Assembly: GCA_963744145.1 (NCBI GenBank)
Contig: CAVUSO010000001.1
Location: 6,400,001 to 6,464,000 of the forward strand
Length of the DNA: 64,000 bases
Reading direction: 5' to 3'
Source of the DNA: an uncultured cyanobacterium
GTDB lineage: Bacteria; Cyanobacteriota; Cyanobacteriia; Cyanobacteriales; CAWUOF01
Shown here: piece after piece, positions 53,602-64,000 of the stretch
How positions within the stretch are numbered: the first letter of the stretch is position 1
How the letters are laid out: each line of letters begins with the position of its first letter
The notes under the pieces: model-generated
The model's input: the letters and a program-made list of their open reading frames with translations, nothing else
What the model was told of the DNA's origin: nothing
Databases searched by the model: none
Translations under genes and position numbers: made by a program

Positions 53602-53638
53602 TTCAAGCGCTTGGATTCTTTGGATCTGAGCGCTTGAA
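53602..53638 (+). terminator. Hairpin downstream of the Met/Cys-rich gene
   Basis: TTCAAGCGCT...AGCGCTTGAA stem. Confidence 0.55.
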
Positions 53639-53671
53639 ACTTTCCGGAGTTGGATAAATTTCGCGTTTGGT

Positions 53672-54466
53672 ATGAAACAGCTAAAATCTACTTCTCAGGA
53701 TCTGCGAAGTTTATTTGAGGATAGTATTACAGTTAAATATGTAGCTGAACCACTCTTATCTGTACCAGCTCAAGAGGATGGGGAATTTGTGCAGCAATGG
53801 ATGGAAAGCATTAATTTTGATGTAGTCGCGATCGAAGATGGAGGAATTATTGGTGGTTATGTGGAACGACATCATCTCGGTCCTGGTTGTTGTCGAGACT
53901 ATCAACATATTTTTCATCCGGCAGAATTAATTGCTGAATCTACACCATTGATGGAACTACTACTAATTTTGCGAGATAAACTACGAGTCTTTGTCCTCGA
54001 TCGCAACCGAATTAGTGGAATAGTCACAAGAGGGGACTTGCAAAAAGCCCCAGTCCGGATGTTGCTATTCGGACTAATCACATTGCTGGAAATGAACCTA
54101 TTACGACTGGTGCGAATTTATTATCCCCAAGATACATGGCAATCTTTCCTCAAACCAGAAAGAGTAGCTTTAGCACTAAAACTCTGGGAAAACCGTCACG
54201 CTGAGAATGAAGCGATCGATTTAACTGATTATTTGCAATTTTGTGACAAACGGGAGTTAATTTTAGCCAATCCGGAACTAATGGAACGACTTCAACTCAA
54301 ATCTAAGCGATATGGAGAAAGGTTTTTGAAATCCGCTGAGTCTTTAAGAAACAAACTAGCTCACTCTCAGGATTTAGTTGAAGGTTCATCTTGGCCCGCA
54401 ATTATTGCTTTAGCAGGAGAAATAGAAGCTTGTCTCCAACGCTGTGAAGAAGTAGAAAACTTTTAG
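53672..54466 (+). CDS. CBS-like domain protein with a C-terminal HEPN-like domain
   Basis: CBS-like segments (ITVKYVAEP, FVLDRNRISGIVTRGDL); C-terminal LRNKLAH (RxxxxH). Confidence 0.65.
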   Translation: MKQLKSTSQDLRSLFEDSITVKYVAEPLLSVPAQEDGEFVQQWMESINFDVVAIEDGGIIGGYVERHHLGPGCCRDYQHIFHPAELIAESTPLMELLLILRDKLRVFVLDRNRISGIVTRGDLQKAPVRMLLFGLITLLEMNLLRLVRIYYPQDTWQSFLKPERVALALKLWENRHAENEAIDLTDYLQFCDKRELILANPELMERLQLKSKRYGERFLKSAESLRNKLAHSQDLVEGSSWPAIIALAGEIEACLQRCEEVENF

Positions 54467-54470
54467 TCAA

Positions 54471-55028
54471 TCAAACATGATCAGTCTGAAGACTAAAACA
54501 AATTTTGGTATCAGTATATTCAGGCACCCAACCATCTACAGTAGTAAAGTAACGTATTGCTTTAAGTTGCAGCCCTGCGGTAAGACAAAACCAATGCTCT
54601 ACACCAGCAGGAACTTTAATATATTCTCCTGCTTCCACAATTAATTCTGCTTGCCAACCATTGGGTAAGATAAATCCAAAAATACCTGCCCCTGATACTA
54701 TATATAATGATTCTGAGTCTTTATGAGTATGACAGCGATCGCACTGGGTAAATAATGGGTAAAGATGGGGAGAACCTGGGTGTAACACCATTAATTCTTG
54801 CCACTTATATTCATTAGACAGTTTCAGTTGCTCAAAACGGTGGTTAAAAACATTTAGCACCTGTAACTTCTGTTCCCAGTTCAGCACATCTTCTGCTAGT
54901 AACTCTGACAAAATTGGGTTTTCACTGATATTCCAGGATTCAAGTTCAATGTTTAAGGGCGCAAGTTCTGAGACAATATTGCTAAGTTCGGTCTGGATCG
55001 TATTGTGTTCAAGTCGGAGGATAGCCAT
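54471..55028 (-). CDS. mtnD: Acireductone dioxygenase (ARD cupin)
   Basis: HTHKDSE, SGAGIFGF, VPAGVEHWF, AIRYFT...GWVP. Confidence 0.82.
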   Translation of the reverse strand: MAILRLEHNTIQTELSNIVSELAPLNIELESWNISENPILSELLAEDVLNWEQKLQVLNVFNHRFEQLKLSNEYKWQELMVLHPGSPHLYPLFTQCDRCHTHKDSESLYIVSGAGIFGFILPNGWQAELIVEAGEYIKVPAGVEHWFCLTAGLQLKAIRYFTTVDGWVPEYTDTKICFSLQTDHV

Positions 55029-55348
55029 ATAAGTATGAAGATTTTGCTTTAAAGGGGTCTAATCTGAGGGTTCGGTCATAGTCACCTATTCCGATAGAAA
55101 TACCGTAGATTAAAATTTTAGTTTTGTCAAGCCTCTCCGGGAAATTGAATTAGACGGTATCTTGATCGAGATATCGTTGATTTATCTATCAAAATCAATA
55201 GTTTTGATGGGTTTTCAGATCCTGATCCTAATCAGACTGGACAACAGCCCGCCATTACCTGTTTTTTTTCTAAGATCACATTGACTAACAACATAGACAA
55301 GATAAGACGCTAAACTCAAATACGTTATTATTTAAAAATCTTTATCTC

Positions 55349-56893
55349 ATGTCTGATCCCAAAACCACCCAGTCCTTTTCTGCTATGGGGCGTCCAACTA
55401 GCTCAGAATTTGATGTGATTGTAATCGGATCGGGAATTGGAGGGCTAGTAACCGCCACCCAATTAGCTGCCAAAGGAGCCAAAGTTCTGGTACTTGAAAG
55501 TTATCTCATTCCTGGAGGTAGTGCTGGATACTTTGAGCGATCGGGTTATCGATTTGATGTTGGTGCATCAATGATTTTTGGTTTTGGTAAACGTGGCACT
55601 ACCAATCTCCTTACCAGAGCTTTGCAAGCTGTAAATGTCAGTTTAGAAACCATTCCTGACCCAGTACAGATCCATTATCATTTACCAGACAACTTGGATT
55701 TAGAAGTACATCGTTCTTACGAAAAATTTTTGCAACAACTAACGAGTTATTTTCCTCATGAAAGTGATGGTATTCGTCGCTTTTATGATGAATGTTGGGA
55801 AGTATTTAACTGTTTGAACTCAATTGAATTACTTTCTCTGGAAGAACCTAAATATTTAACTGGTGCATTTTTCCAAAATCCTTTGTCCTGTTTGGGATTA
55901 ACTAAATATTTACCCCAAAATGCTGGAGATGTTGCTCGTCGCTATATTAAAGATCCAGTTTTACTAAAATTTATTGATATCGAGTGTTATTGTTGGTCTG
56001 TTGTTCCAGCCAATCTCACACCAATGATTAATGCTGGGATGGTATTTTCTGACCGACATTATGGAGGAATTAACTATCCTAAAGGTGGGGTTGGTCAAAT
56101 TGCTCTGAAATTGGTGGAAGGACTGGAAAAAGTTGGTGGTCAAATTCAGTACAAAACGAGGGTAAGGAATATTCTGATAGAAAATGGACGAGCGATCGGT
56201 GTAAAGTTAGCTAATGAGCAGGTATATAAAGCTAAATATATTGTTTCTAATGCGACTCGCTGGGATACATTTGAGAAAATGTTACCACCAGAAGAAATGC
56301 CAACGGCTGAAAAAAGATGGCAAGAACGTTATCAGAAATCTCCAAGTTTTTTAAATTTGCACCTAGGTGTAGGAGCGTCAGTTTTACCACCAGATACAGA
56401 TTGTCATCATATTTTGCTGGAAAAATGGGAGCAAATGGAGGAAGAAGAAGGCACAATTTTTGTTTCTATTCCTACCTTACTTGATCCAAGTTTAGCTCCT
56501 GAAGGTTATCATATAGTTCATGTTTTTACTCCGAGTTGGTTTAATGGTTGGAACGGACTATCAACAAAAGAATACATCGATAAAAAAGAGGAAGCTGCTA
56601 GCCGAATTATTACCAGATTAGAGAAAATTTTTCCTGGTTTAGATGCAGGATTAGATTATATGGAAATCGGTACACCTCGCAGCCATCGAAGGTTTTTAAA
56701 TCGTGATCAGGGTACTTATGGACCGATTCCAACTCGCAAGTTATCCGGTTTATTAGGGATGCCCTTTAATCGGACTGCTATTCCTCGACTTTATTGTGTT
56801 GGTGATAGTACATTTCCCGGTCAAGGTTTAAATGCGGTAGCGTTTTCAGGGTTTGCTTGCGCTCATCGTATTGCGGTTGATTTGAAACTATAA
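55349..56893 (+). CDS. crtH: Carotenoid isomerase CrtH
   Basis: GSGIGG FAD motif, [50 protein letters not shown]. Confidence 0.95.
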   Translation: MSDPKTTQSFSAMGRPTSSEFDVIVIGSGIGGLVTATQLAAKGAKVLVLESYLIPGGSAGYFERSGYRFDVGASMIFGFGKRGTTNLLTRALQAVNVSLETIPDPVQIHYHLPDNLDLEVHRSYEKFLQQLTSYFPHESDGIRRFYDECWEVFNCLNSIELLSLEEPKYLTGAFFQNPLSCLGLTKYLPQNAGDVARRYIKDPVLLKFIDIECYCWSVVPANLTPMINAGMVFSDRHYGGINYPKGGVGQIALKLVEGLEKVGGQIQYKTRVRNILIENGRAIGVKLANEQVYKAKYIVSNATRWDTFEKMLPPEEMPTAEKRWQERYQKSPSFLNLHLGVGASVLPPDTDCHHILLEKWEQMEEEEGTIFVSIPTLLDPSLAPEGYHIVHVFTPSWFNGWNGLSTKEYIDKKEEAASRIITRLEKIFPGLDAGLDYMEIGTPRSHRRFLNRDQGTYGPIPTRKLSGLLGMPFNRTAIPRLYCVGDSTFPGQGLNAVAFSGFACAHRIAVDLKL

Positions 56894-56920
56894 TAGTTAT
56901 AGCCGAGCTGAGGAACAGTT

Positions 56921-57496
56921 ATGGATAGCCTGACTATTAGCCTTTCCCCTGTCATCAATCTTACCAATGAACAATTTTTCCAAATCTGTCGCCATAATAG
57001 TGACCTAAGATTTGAACGTAATGCACAAGGAGTGCTAACAATTATGGCTCCGGAAGGAAGCGAAACTGGAATGCGTAGTGCTATCGTTACTACCGATTTA
57101 ACTATTTGGAATCGCCGCACCAAATTAGGTTATACTTTTGGTTCTTCGACGGGGTTTAAATTGCCAAATGGGAGTGATCGGTCACCTGATGCTGCATGGA
57201 TTCGGAAAGAGCGCTGGGATGTTTTGAGTAGAGAAGAACGTTCTCGCTTTGCACCAATCTGTCCTGATTTTGTAGTGGAGTTAATGTCACCTAGCGACAA
57301 TCTGGCAAATATTCAAAGGAAAATGCAGGAATATCAAGATAATGGTACAAGGTTAGGTTGGCTGATTAACAGACGTGATCGGCAAGTGGAAATCTATCGC
57401 ATTGGTCAACGGTCAGAAGTGCTAGATCATCCTAGTGTGCTTTCAGGGGAGGATGTATTACCCGATTTTGTACTTAGCTTGGATGATATTTGGTAA
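56921..57496 (+). CDS. Uma2-family endonuclease-like protein
   Basis: RFERNAQG, SSTGFKLPNG, RSPDAAW, PDFVVELMSPSD, LGWLI. Confidence 0.92.
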   Translation: MDSLTISLSPVINLTNEQFFQICRHNSDLRFERNAQGVLTIMAPEGSETGMRSAIVTTDLTIWNRRTKLGYTFGSSTGFKLPNGSDRSPDAAWIRKERWDVLSREERSRFAPICPDFVVELMSPSDNLANIQRKMQEYQDNGTRLGWLINRRDRQVEIYRIGQRSEVLDHPSVLSGEDVLPDFVLSLDDIW

Positions 57497-57549
57497 AAGA
57501 TTTTGAATTGATCAAATGGGGGAGCGATCGCGCGGTAGGTGGGAATGCA

Positions 57550-57708
57550 GAAAATCTTAATTTCAACAGCGATCTTTTCTCCCGATCGCTCTGTACCCAA
57601 TAGTTGCTCTGCACCCAAATCAATATACATTTCCACACCACCAATTTCAATTTCTGGCTAGATCATCAGTGATCATCCAATCTTCTTTTTCTAAACCTTT
57701 CTTATTGC
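57550..57708 (-). pseudogene. xisH: XisH-family remnant
   Basis: AIRKGLEKEDWMITDD, frameshift, IEIGGVEMYIDLGAEQLLGTERSGEKIAVEIK; truncated at both ends. Confidence 0.75.
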
Positions 57709-57896
57709 TCCCAGGATTGGTCAGTTGGGTCAACCCGACTATCATGCTGAATGTTACAACAGGGGCGATCGGGGTGGTCGCAAAGAAGTAAATCGGTTAT
57801 GCTAATTAATGAATCTCCCCTATACAATACTCTTATTCATACTTAATCTGGAATATCGCATTGCTCAGAAGCAGAATTGAAAGTCTCCCATTGTGA

Positions 57897-59804
57897 TCAT
57901 CTTTTTTTGGCAGGATTTTTAGCTTTATTTTTGGGAGATTTCTCAGATGTTTTTGATTTTATAACATATTTTGAAATAAATTTATCCGCTGAATCAGTAG
58001 ACGGTTGAGTGATACCAAGACGAATAAACTCTGTCCATATTTCATTAGTTAATAATTTTAAAGCGGTGTTAGGATTTTGAGTAGCGATCGCACTAATAAG
58101 TTTTTGACAACCTTCTTGCAATGACTCAATATTTGCATCTTCTGGTGAAATCTTTTTCAGTAAAGAAAGTGCTATTGCAAAATATTCAGAATCGAGGGAT
58201 ATCTTTTTCAATTTTAATCCCCGATTTACCAATTTTAACCAAATAGGTAACAATTCCAGCCAATTATTTTGCTGGATATTTTTTAATGCTTCTTCCTCCA
58301 TCCTAAGTGTACTCCATCCGCAAAGAGCAGCTTTAGCTGATTGAAAATCATGTATTTTTAAAGCATTATTCCATAATTTTTGTACCTGCTGATTGAACCG
58401 ACTTGCTAAAAATTGGTAAGCTTCTTGAACTTGTTCTTGAATTGTTACTTTATAAACAGTTTCTCCCCTTGGTAGTCTATCTCCTCGATAAGAAAGGAAA
58501 TTGTGAGAACCACATAAGTGAATTTTGTGATCGACTACTACTTCCTTCGCATGAGAATTTCCCAACCAAAATATCTGTACCGCAGGTAATTCATCAGGTG
58601 TTGTAATTCCTGTTAGTTTTTGCTGGAGTGTGGGAGAAATTTGTCGTTCTTCTTCTTCTTGTTTGCGTGCAATTCCATAACCAATTAAAATTGAAACTCC
58701 GCGTTTGGCAATATTCTCAAGCAATTTGATAAAATCATCATCGATCACTTCTTCACTCACCCAAGGAGAAAAAATCAGGATCTCATAACTTGCTGATTTC
58801 AGAGTATCTAAAAAAGCTTTCCTAATCTCACTATCACGCAGCAAAATAACACTATTTTTTGACGAAGACTTAGAATTATTCCTATTTTCTAGAACATTTT
58901 CAATTGCGATATGATTAATTTTTTCAATTCTTGACTCAACTTCTGCATTGCTCTCTTCCATTAGTAGATCGCGATCGCTAGCAATAGTTTCTTCACTAAG
59001 AGAAAACAAATCTTGCAAAGAAATCATTCCTTCTTCTTGCAGGACATCTAACCAAGTTGAAGGATATTCTAAAACTTGCTTACCACGCATAACTTGCAAG
59101 TTTATTTGGTCTTCAAGTAGATCAAAAATCACGAAAATAGATATAGCTTGCCAGATATTTGTAGCTGCATTTATTACTATACCTGCTTTAGTAATTAATT
59201 TACCTTCTTTTGGTACATGAATTCCTAAACTTGAAGCCTCAATTATTTCCTGAAGTTCTTCAAGGGACAAAACATAAATATCAGGACTTCTATTTTCAAT
59301 CACCATGAAATTTTCCAATTCTGGTAATTCGATTTGTTTTTCCTCCAAAGGAGAATCTAGAAAAAAAAGATTGCAGTTTAATGGGTCAGTAATAGCATAA
59401 ATTTCTTTAGTTTGTGGAGGTTGGGGAACAGAACCTTGTGCATAGAATTCTCGTCCTTGAGCAGTAAGTGTGATCGATTCATCGAGGTTCCGTTCTAAAG
59501 TCTGCAAAAAGCGGAGAGTTCTAGTAGTATTTTGTACGAATACAGGATCTAGACCAAGTACAGTTGCTAATTCATCCGCTGTTGGTGGTGGATCAAGTTC
59601 AATCCCAGCGCGAAGAATAATCTCTTCTAATACATTAAATTTACGAGGCTCACTAATTGTAACTTTCACTGGAACTTGCAAAAGACTATAGCGGAATTGA
59701 CGTGCTGCTAAGACGGATAAAGCAGGATTTTTTTGCTCAATTTTATCTGCGGTTTCTTGCAAAGCTGCATCAATTGGTTTAGGGGATGATACTAGAAACA
59801 TCAA
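57897..59804 (-). CDS. Phospholipase-D-like (HKD) nuclease-domain protein
   Basis: IFSPWV, HAKEVVVD (HxKxxxxD) and GSHN; N-terminal wHTH-like LATVLGLDPVFV; overlaps the helicase stop. Confidence 0.82.
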   Translation of the reverse strand: MMFLVSSPKPIDAALQETADKIEQKNPALSVLAARQFRYSLLQVPVKVTISEPRKFNVLEEIILRAGIELDPPPTADELATVLGLDPVFVQNTTRTLRFLQTLERNLDESITLTAQGREFYAQGSVPQPPQTKEIYAITDPLNCNLFFLDSPLEEKQIELPELENFMVIENRSPDIYVLSLEELQEIIEASSLGIHVPKEGKLITKAGIVINAATNIWQAISIFVIFDLLEDQINLQVMRGKQVLEYPSTWLDVLQEEGMISLQDLFSLSEETIASDRDLLMEESNAEVESRIEKINHIAIENVLENRNNSKSSSKNSVILLRDSEIRKAFLDTLKSASYEILIFSPWVSEEVIDDDFIKLLENIAKRGVSILIGYGIARKQEEEERQISPTLQQKLTGITTPDELPAVQIFWLGNSHAKEVVVDHKIHLCGSHNFLSYRGDRLPRGETVYKVTIQEQVQEAYQFLASRFNQQVQKLWNNALKIHDFQSAKAALCGWSTLRMEEEALKNIQQNNWLELLPIWLKLVNRGLKLKKISLDSEYFAIALSLLKKISPEDANIESLQEGCQKLISAIATQNPNTALKLLTNEIWTEFIRLGITQPSTDSADKFISKYVIKSKTSEKSPKNKAKNPAKKR

Positions 59805-62800
59805 TTAGTCCTCCATGACGACGTACAATATCAGAAATGTTAGAATACATACTGCCAACTCCACGGGCATACTGAGTAAATAAGGAATGACAACCAACAA
59901 CTATTAGTAATTCCTGAGCGCGAGAAAAAGCGACATTTACCCGTTCTAACTTTTTAGCAAATCCTACATCTTGCTTACTGTTATTGCGAACCATGCTCAC
60001 AATAACTACTGCTCGTTCCATACCTTGAAATCGGTCAACTGTACCTGTCCTTATTTGCAGCGATGGGAATTTTTCAGAAATTATTGTTTCTTCAATTAGT
60101 TTCAATTGAGCGCCATAAAAAGTAATGATACCTATTTCTTTGCGAGGATTCCCATCCGCAACCTTAGCAGCCCAAACTGCTTCCATTTGCTGACATAAAC
60201 GTTCAATCACATCTACTTCTTTAATATTTGATCTTGATGTTCCTTCTTGTCTTTCTTCAAAACCCTGTTCTAATGGCATTTTTACCCAAATCAGATGATG
60301 ATTTTCCTGGATAATTTTATCATTCAAATTGTGTGCGCGTTGTCGATCAGCATCGGGAATTCCACATTCTAGACGATGATCATAAAATTGATTGATAGCA
60401 CCCATAATAATGGGGTGCATCCGATACTGAATATTTAACCTATGTTTGATGCTTTCATGTGCAGTTTCAAATTGTCTTTTAAAGAGTGATTCTTCTAGAA
60501 ATGCCAATTCTTCTCTGGTACTTCCCATTTCTTCGGCAATTTCTTCGATACTATTTTCATGGAGCATTGGTGGTAATTGTCTATAGTCACCAATTAATAC
60601 TAATTTTTTCCCTTTTAAAGCAGGAATCATTAACTCTGGAGGTGTACATTTACTGACTTCATCAATTATTACCACATCAAAATCATTGAATTCTTTAGCA
60701 AAATGATATCCAGCAGCTTGAACGCAAGTAATCCCAATCACGTTAGCATTATCAATATAAGTCCGTCGCAATTCAGTTCGATCTTGTGCTGAAGGATTGC
60801 GTAATTTTTGAATCCAATCTTGCACGATGTTTTCGTAACGATTGAGATAAGCTTCTTCTTTCTCCAATTCTTTTTGCCAAGTGTCAAATTGCGCTTTAAC
60901 TGTGCGTAAAAAGTCTGGATCATGTAAACCTGTTGAAGGGACTTGTGGTTTAAGTCGATCGGGTATTGCTTTCCATGCTGACTCCCACCATTCGCGATCG
61001 CTAATTAATTGTTCTGATGGTTTCTGGTTTAGTTGAGTTTCTATTTTACGAAGTTGGTTTTGTAAGTCAGCTAGTTTTCTGTTAGCATTTTCAGAAGTTT
61101 CTTGTAAATTACAAAGATGATCATTGAGATTATTTTTGATATTTGATAGTGTAACTGAAGGATCTAGTAAGGAAATCAAACTGGTCAGGTTACTAATATC
61201 GTTTTCCCAGCTACTCAAAGCTGCGGATAATTCTGGTAATTGCGCTAAAACATGTGGAATTGAGGTGCTTTGCAGGCATAGTTCTATTAGAGCTTGTAAA
61301 CTATCCGGTAGTGCAACTTGTTTCAAGTCTGTCAAAAGCGATCGACAGCGTTTAGCATTTATCTCAACTTGTTGACGTAAATTTTCTAGCTGCTTTTGCC
61401 CTTCAGCCATTTGTCTTTTAAGGTTGGCTAACTGTTCATTAAATAATTGATTAGGTACGCTTTTTGAGCTAGCATTTCCTACTACTAAGCCAACTTTTAA
61501 ATCTTGATTGAAAACCTGATTTTGTTGCTCTGTCCGCATTTTCTGGTAGTTTCTTTGCAGTTGAATAACGGTGGTAGTGTGCTGCTGGTAAATTTGCGCG
61601 GCTTTTTCCAGTTCACTTATTGATGCGATCGCAGTCTTAGTATCAGTTAGTCTCATCCTAGCTTCCGAAACCCACCCAGAAAAATTATTCCGCAACCAAT
61701 CGGCTAACCTAAATTCTTCACTATAATCAGGAGTAACCAAACCCAATTTCTTGGCTAAGTTAACTATTACTTTAACATTAGCAATAAACTTTTTTAGATC
61801 ATTATCATTAACTGCATATTTGTTTAAACGCTCTAATAAATTGACTATTCTTGTATCTTCCCAATTTATTGAATTGACAGATGCTAGCAGGGAATTTAAA
61901 TCCAAAACAAGTGAATTAATCTGAGTCTGCTGGATTTTCATTTCTGATATTTGAATTTTTATATTTCCCGTATCTGCATTTATCCTTATTTTGCGATTTT
62001 GCGAAGTTTTTTGATTTATTTCGATACTTTTTTCTATTTTTAAATAATTTGTAAATTTTTCTACAGATCCCAACAATTGACGAAAAAACTCTATATTTTC
62101 TTTTCTTTTAGCCAACCTATTTTCGCAATCTTCAGCAGTATTTGTGAGCCAAGTACCAATTACTTCTTCTTCCAAAAATGGTAATCCTTCTTCCTCAACT
62201 TTTTCTGCACGTCCCTTTCGCAAAGCACGAATTACCGGACTATGAATTAATCTACTTAGAGCATTATCTACAGCTAAATTCGCTTGGGAAGCAATTAAAG
62301 TACGTCCACCTTGTAGAGCAATTTGGTAACAAATTTCAGCAATAACTGTAGTTTTTCCTGTCCCCGGTGGTCCTTGAATTAACACCAAATCATCAGCAGA
62401 AAGTACCGCTTCTACTGCTGCAATTTGGTTCTGGATTAGCAGCAGGAAGTAACAAATTTTCAGGTTTTAGTTTGAGATTTTTTTGCAGAGGTCTTGCTTT
62501 AGCAGCATCAAAGAAAAATTCACCCAAATAAGGATTCTGTGCAGTTCCTTTTTGTAATTCTTCCAATCCTCTTTTCTTCCGCTTAATTTGGCTTAAATCT
62601 CCTACAGCTTCGTAACACAAAAATCCTTTCTGGGGAATTTGATACCTCCCCTCAACTATTTTATCAACAATCTCAGGCTCTATTCTGATGCGAATAAAAT
62701 TTTTATCTCGATCGATTTCTTCTACACTTCCTAATCGATATTTAACTTGTTCATCCTCACCCTCGATCGCAATTTCCAAAAGTTCGATATTTTCGTTACG

Positions 62801-64000
62801 GATTTTTCCTGCTCGTTGCCAAAAATTTTCGGCTTTCAGAAAAATTTCAGAAGAACTATCATTGATGGCTTTATTAGGAACAATTTCAAATGTAATTTTC
62901 CTAGTCGCGGCTCCATAATTATGCTTAATAAAAGGTACGCAAAATTGCCGTTCTTTAGCAATGCGCTCCTCAATATTTAAAAAGGTTTTCCAAGCCTTTA
63001 ACTGTTCTTCCGTTGGCAAATGATCACCACAGAAGGGCATCTTTGCCATTCTTGATATCACCGATGGTAATATACCGATCCGGTGTTGATGTTCACGCAA
63101 CAAACAAATATTATAAGGTACACTAAACCCATCTAATTTTCCCCGATCCGGTGACAATAATCGAGCCGATAGCACTCGCAACCCACCATATCCATTTTGA
63201 TTGACAACTGCCACCAAGTTCAAGGTTTTTCCACATTTTTGCAGGATCGCAGGTAATTCAATATTACCTCGATCTGTTGCTATTGTTAATTCCCATTTCT
63301 CTTCCCCATCCTGCTGTCCTTTTCCCCGACGACGCACATAAAACAAACATGGATCTTGTCCAGCAATTTGGTAGACTAATTCTTCAGCGCGATCGCGTCT
63401 ATCTTCAAAATCCAAATACTTTTCTAAAGCAACTTTTCCTTCCACATCGCGAATCAAATTATTAATCGCAGGATCACCAACAAACCTATAACCCCAATTT
63501 TGGTCATCTAATCTCTCTAACCCTTTTTCCCGATCAGTGAATAGAGAAATATTACTCCCCTTTCCTTGCAGGAGAGGGGTTGGGGGAGAGGTTTCTTTAA
63601 TCTTAGCAGTAACCTCAATTGTCTCATCTGCGCTATCAAAAAAGATCAAACCAGATAACTTCGTCCCCGGCAAAATATCTTTCGAGTTTAAGCTAATCTC
63701 TAAATTTTGCCACCCTGGCGATAAATAATTGGACTTTACTTGCAGCCAACTAAGATCATAAATAATTTTACAAGGAGCGCCTATTTGCAACTCCCAAGAA
63801 CGCTTCACCAACCGATCGCTTTCAACTTCTCCAAAATCCAGTACCGCTGGAATATTCCAACTAGCACCTTCCCAGCGCACATTTTCAGCTACTCCAGTCA
63901 ATCTCACTCGATCTAAAATAGGTGATGTTCCTGTTTCAGCCAACAGTGCTACTTCTCCCTTGTCTCCTCCTACAGTACGAGCGATCGCCAAATTCTCGAT
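59779..64000 (-). CDS. Large SF1 (DNA2/NAM7/Upf1-like) helicase with coiled-coil insert; frameshifted near 62432 and starting beyond the right edge
   Basis: QGPPGTGKTT, SQANLAVDN, IIDEVS, GDYRQLPP, QYRMHP, TVDRFQGME, NVAFSRA; ORF 62393-63991 is open to 64000 and joins via NQIAAVEAVLSADDLVLIQG if one base is removed. Confidence 0.85.
63512..63594. repeat. Cyanobacterial CCCC/GGGG-rich palindromic repeat embedded in frame
   Basis: Reverse complement of 63570-63594 (AAACCTCTCCCCCAACCCCTCTCCT) is identical to intergenic 25566-25590; translated TSPPTPLLQGKGS...REKGLER. Confidence 0.7.

Overview
Cyanobacterial chromosomal segment, judged from the many HIP1 GCGATCGC sites, pxcA, crtH, the PSII S4-domain gene and a cyanobacterial-type rRNA operon. 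Housekeeping blocks (csaB-ycf49-anmK, pxcA, an M16 peptidase pair, a minus-strand 16S-23S-5S operon with a tRNA-less ITS, glgA, mtnD, crtH) alternate with accessory regions. These hold IS4, IS1 and IS630 elements, a MITE family carrying REP-like hairpins, HIP1-inserted micro-repeats, seven Uma2 genes or remnants and several gene relics. Best candidates for little-described systems: (i) a dynamin-like GTPase + second GTPase + membrane-anchored protein operon (33422-37443) heading an island with AbiE and a caspase-NTPase-TPR protein; (ii) a DUF4384-like protein + TPR-CHAT protease pair whose two neighbouring minus-strand genes share an 18-bp operator-like motif; (iii) a Mokosh-like large SF1 helicase + PLD nuclease pair at the right edge; (iv) a CBS-HEPN fusion and an extremely Met/Cys-rich four-helix metal-binding protein. 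All family assignments come from motif recognition by eye, with no database searches.
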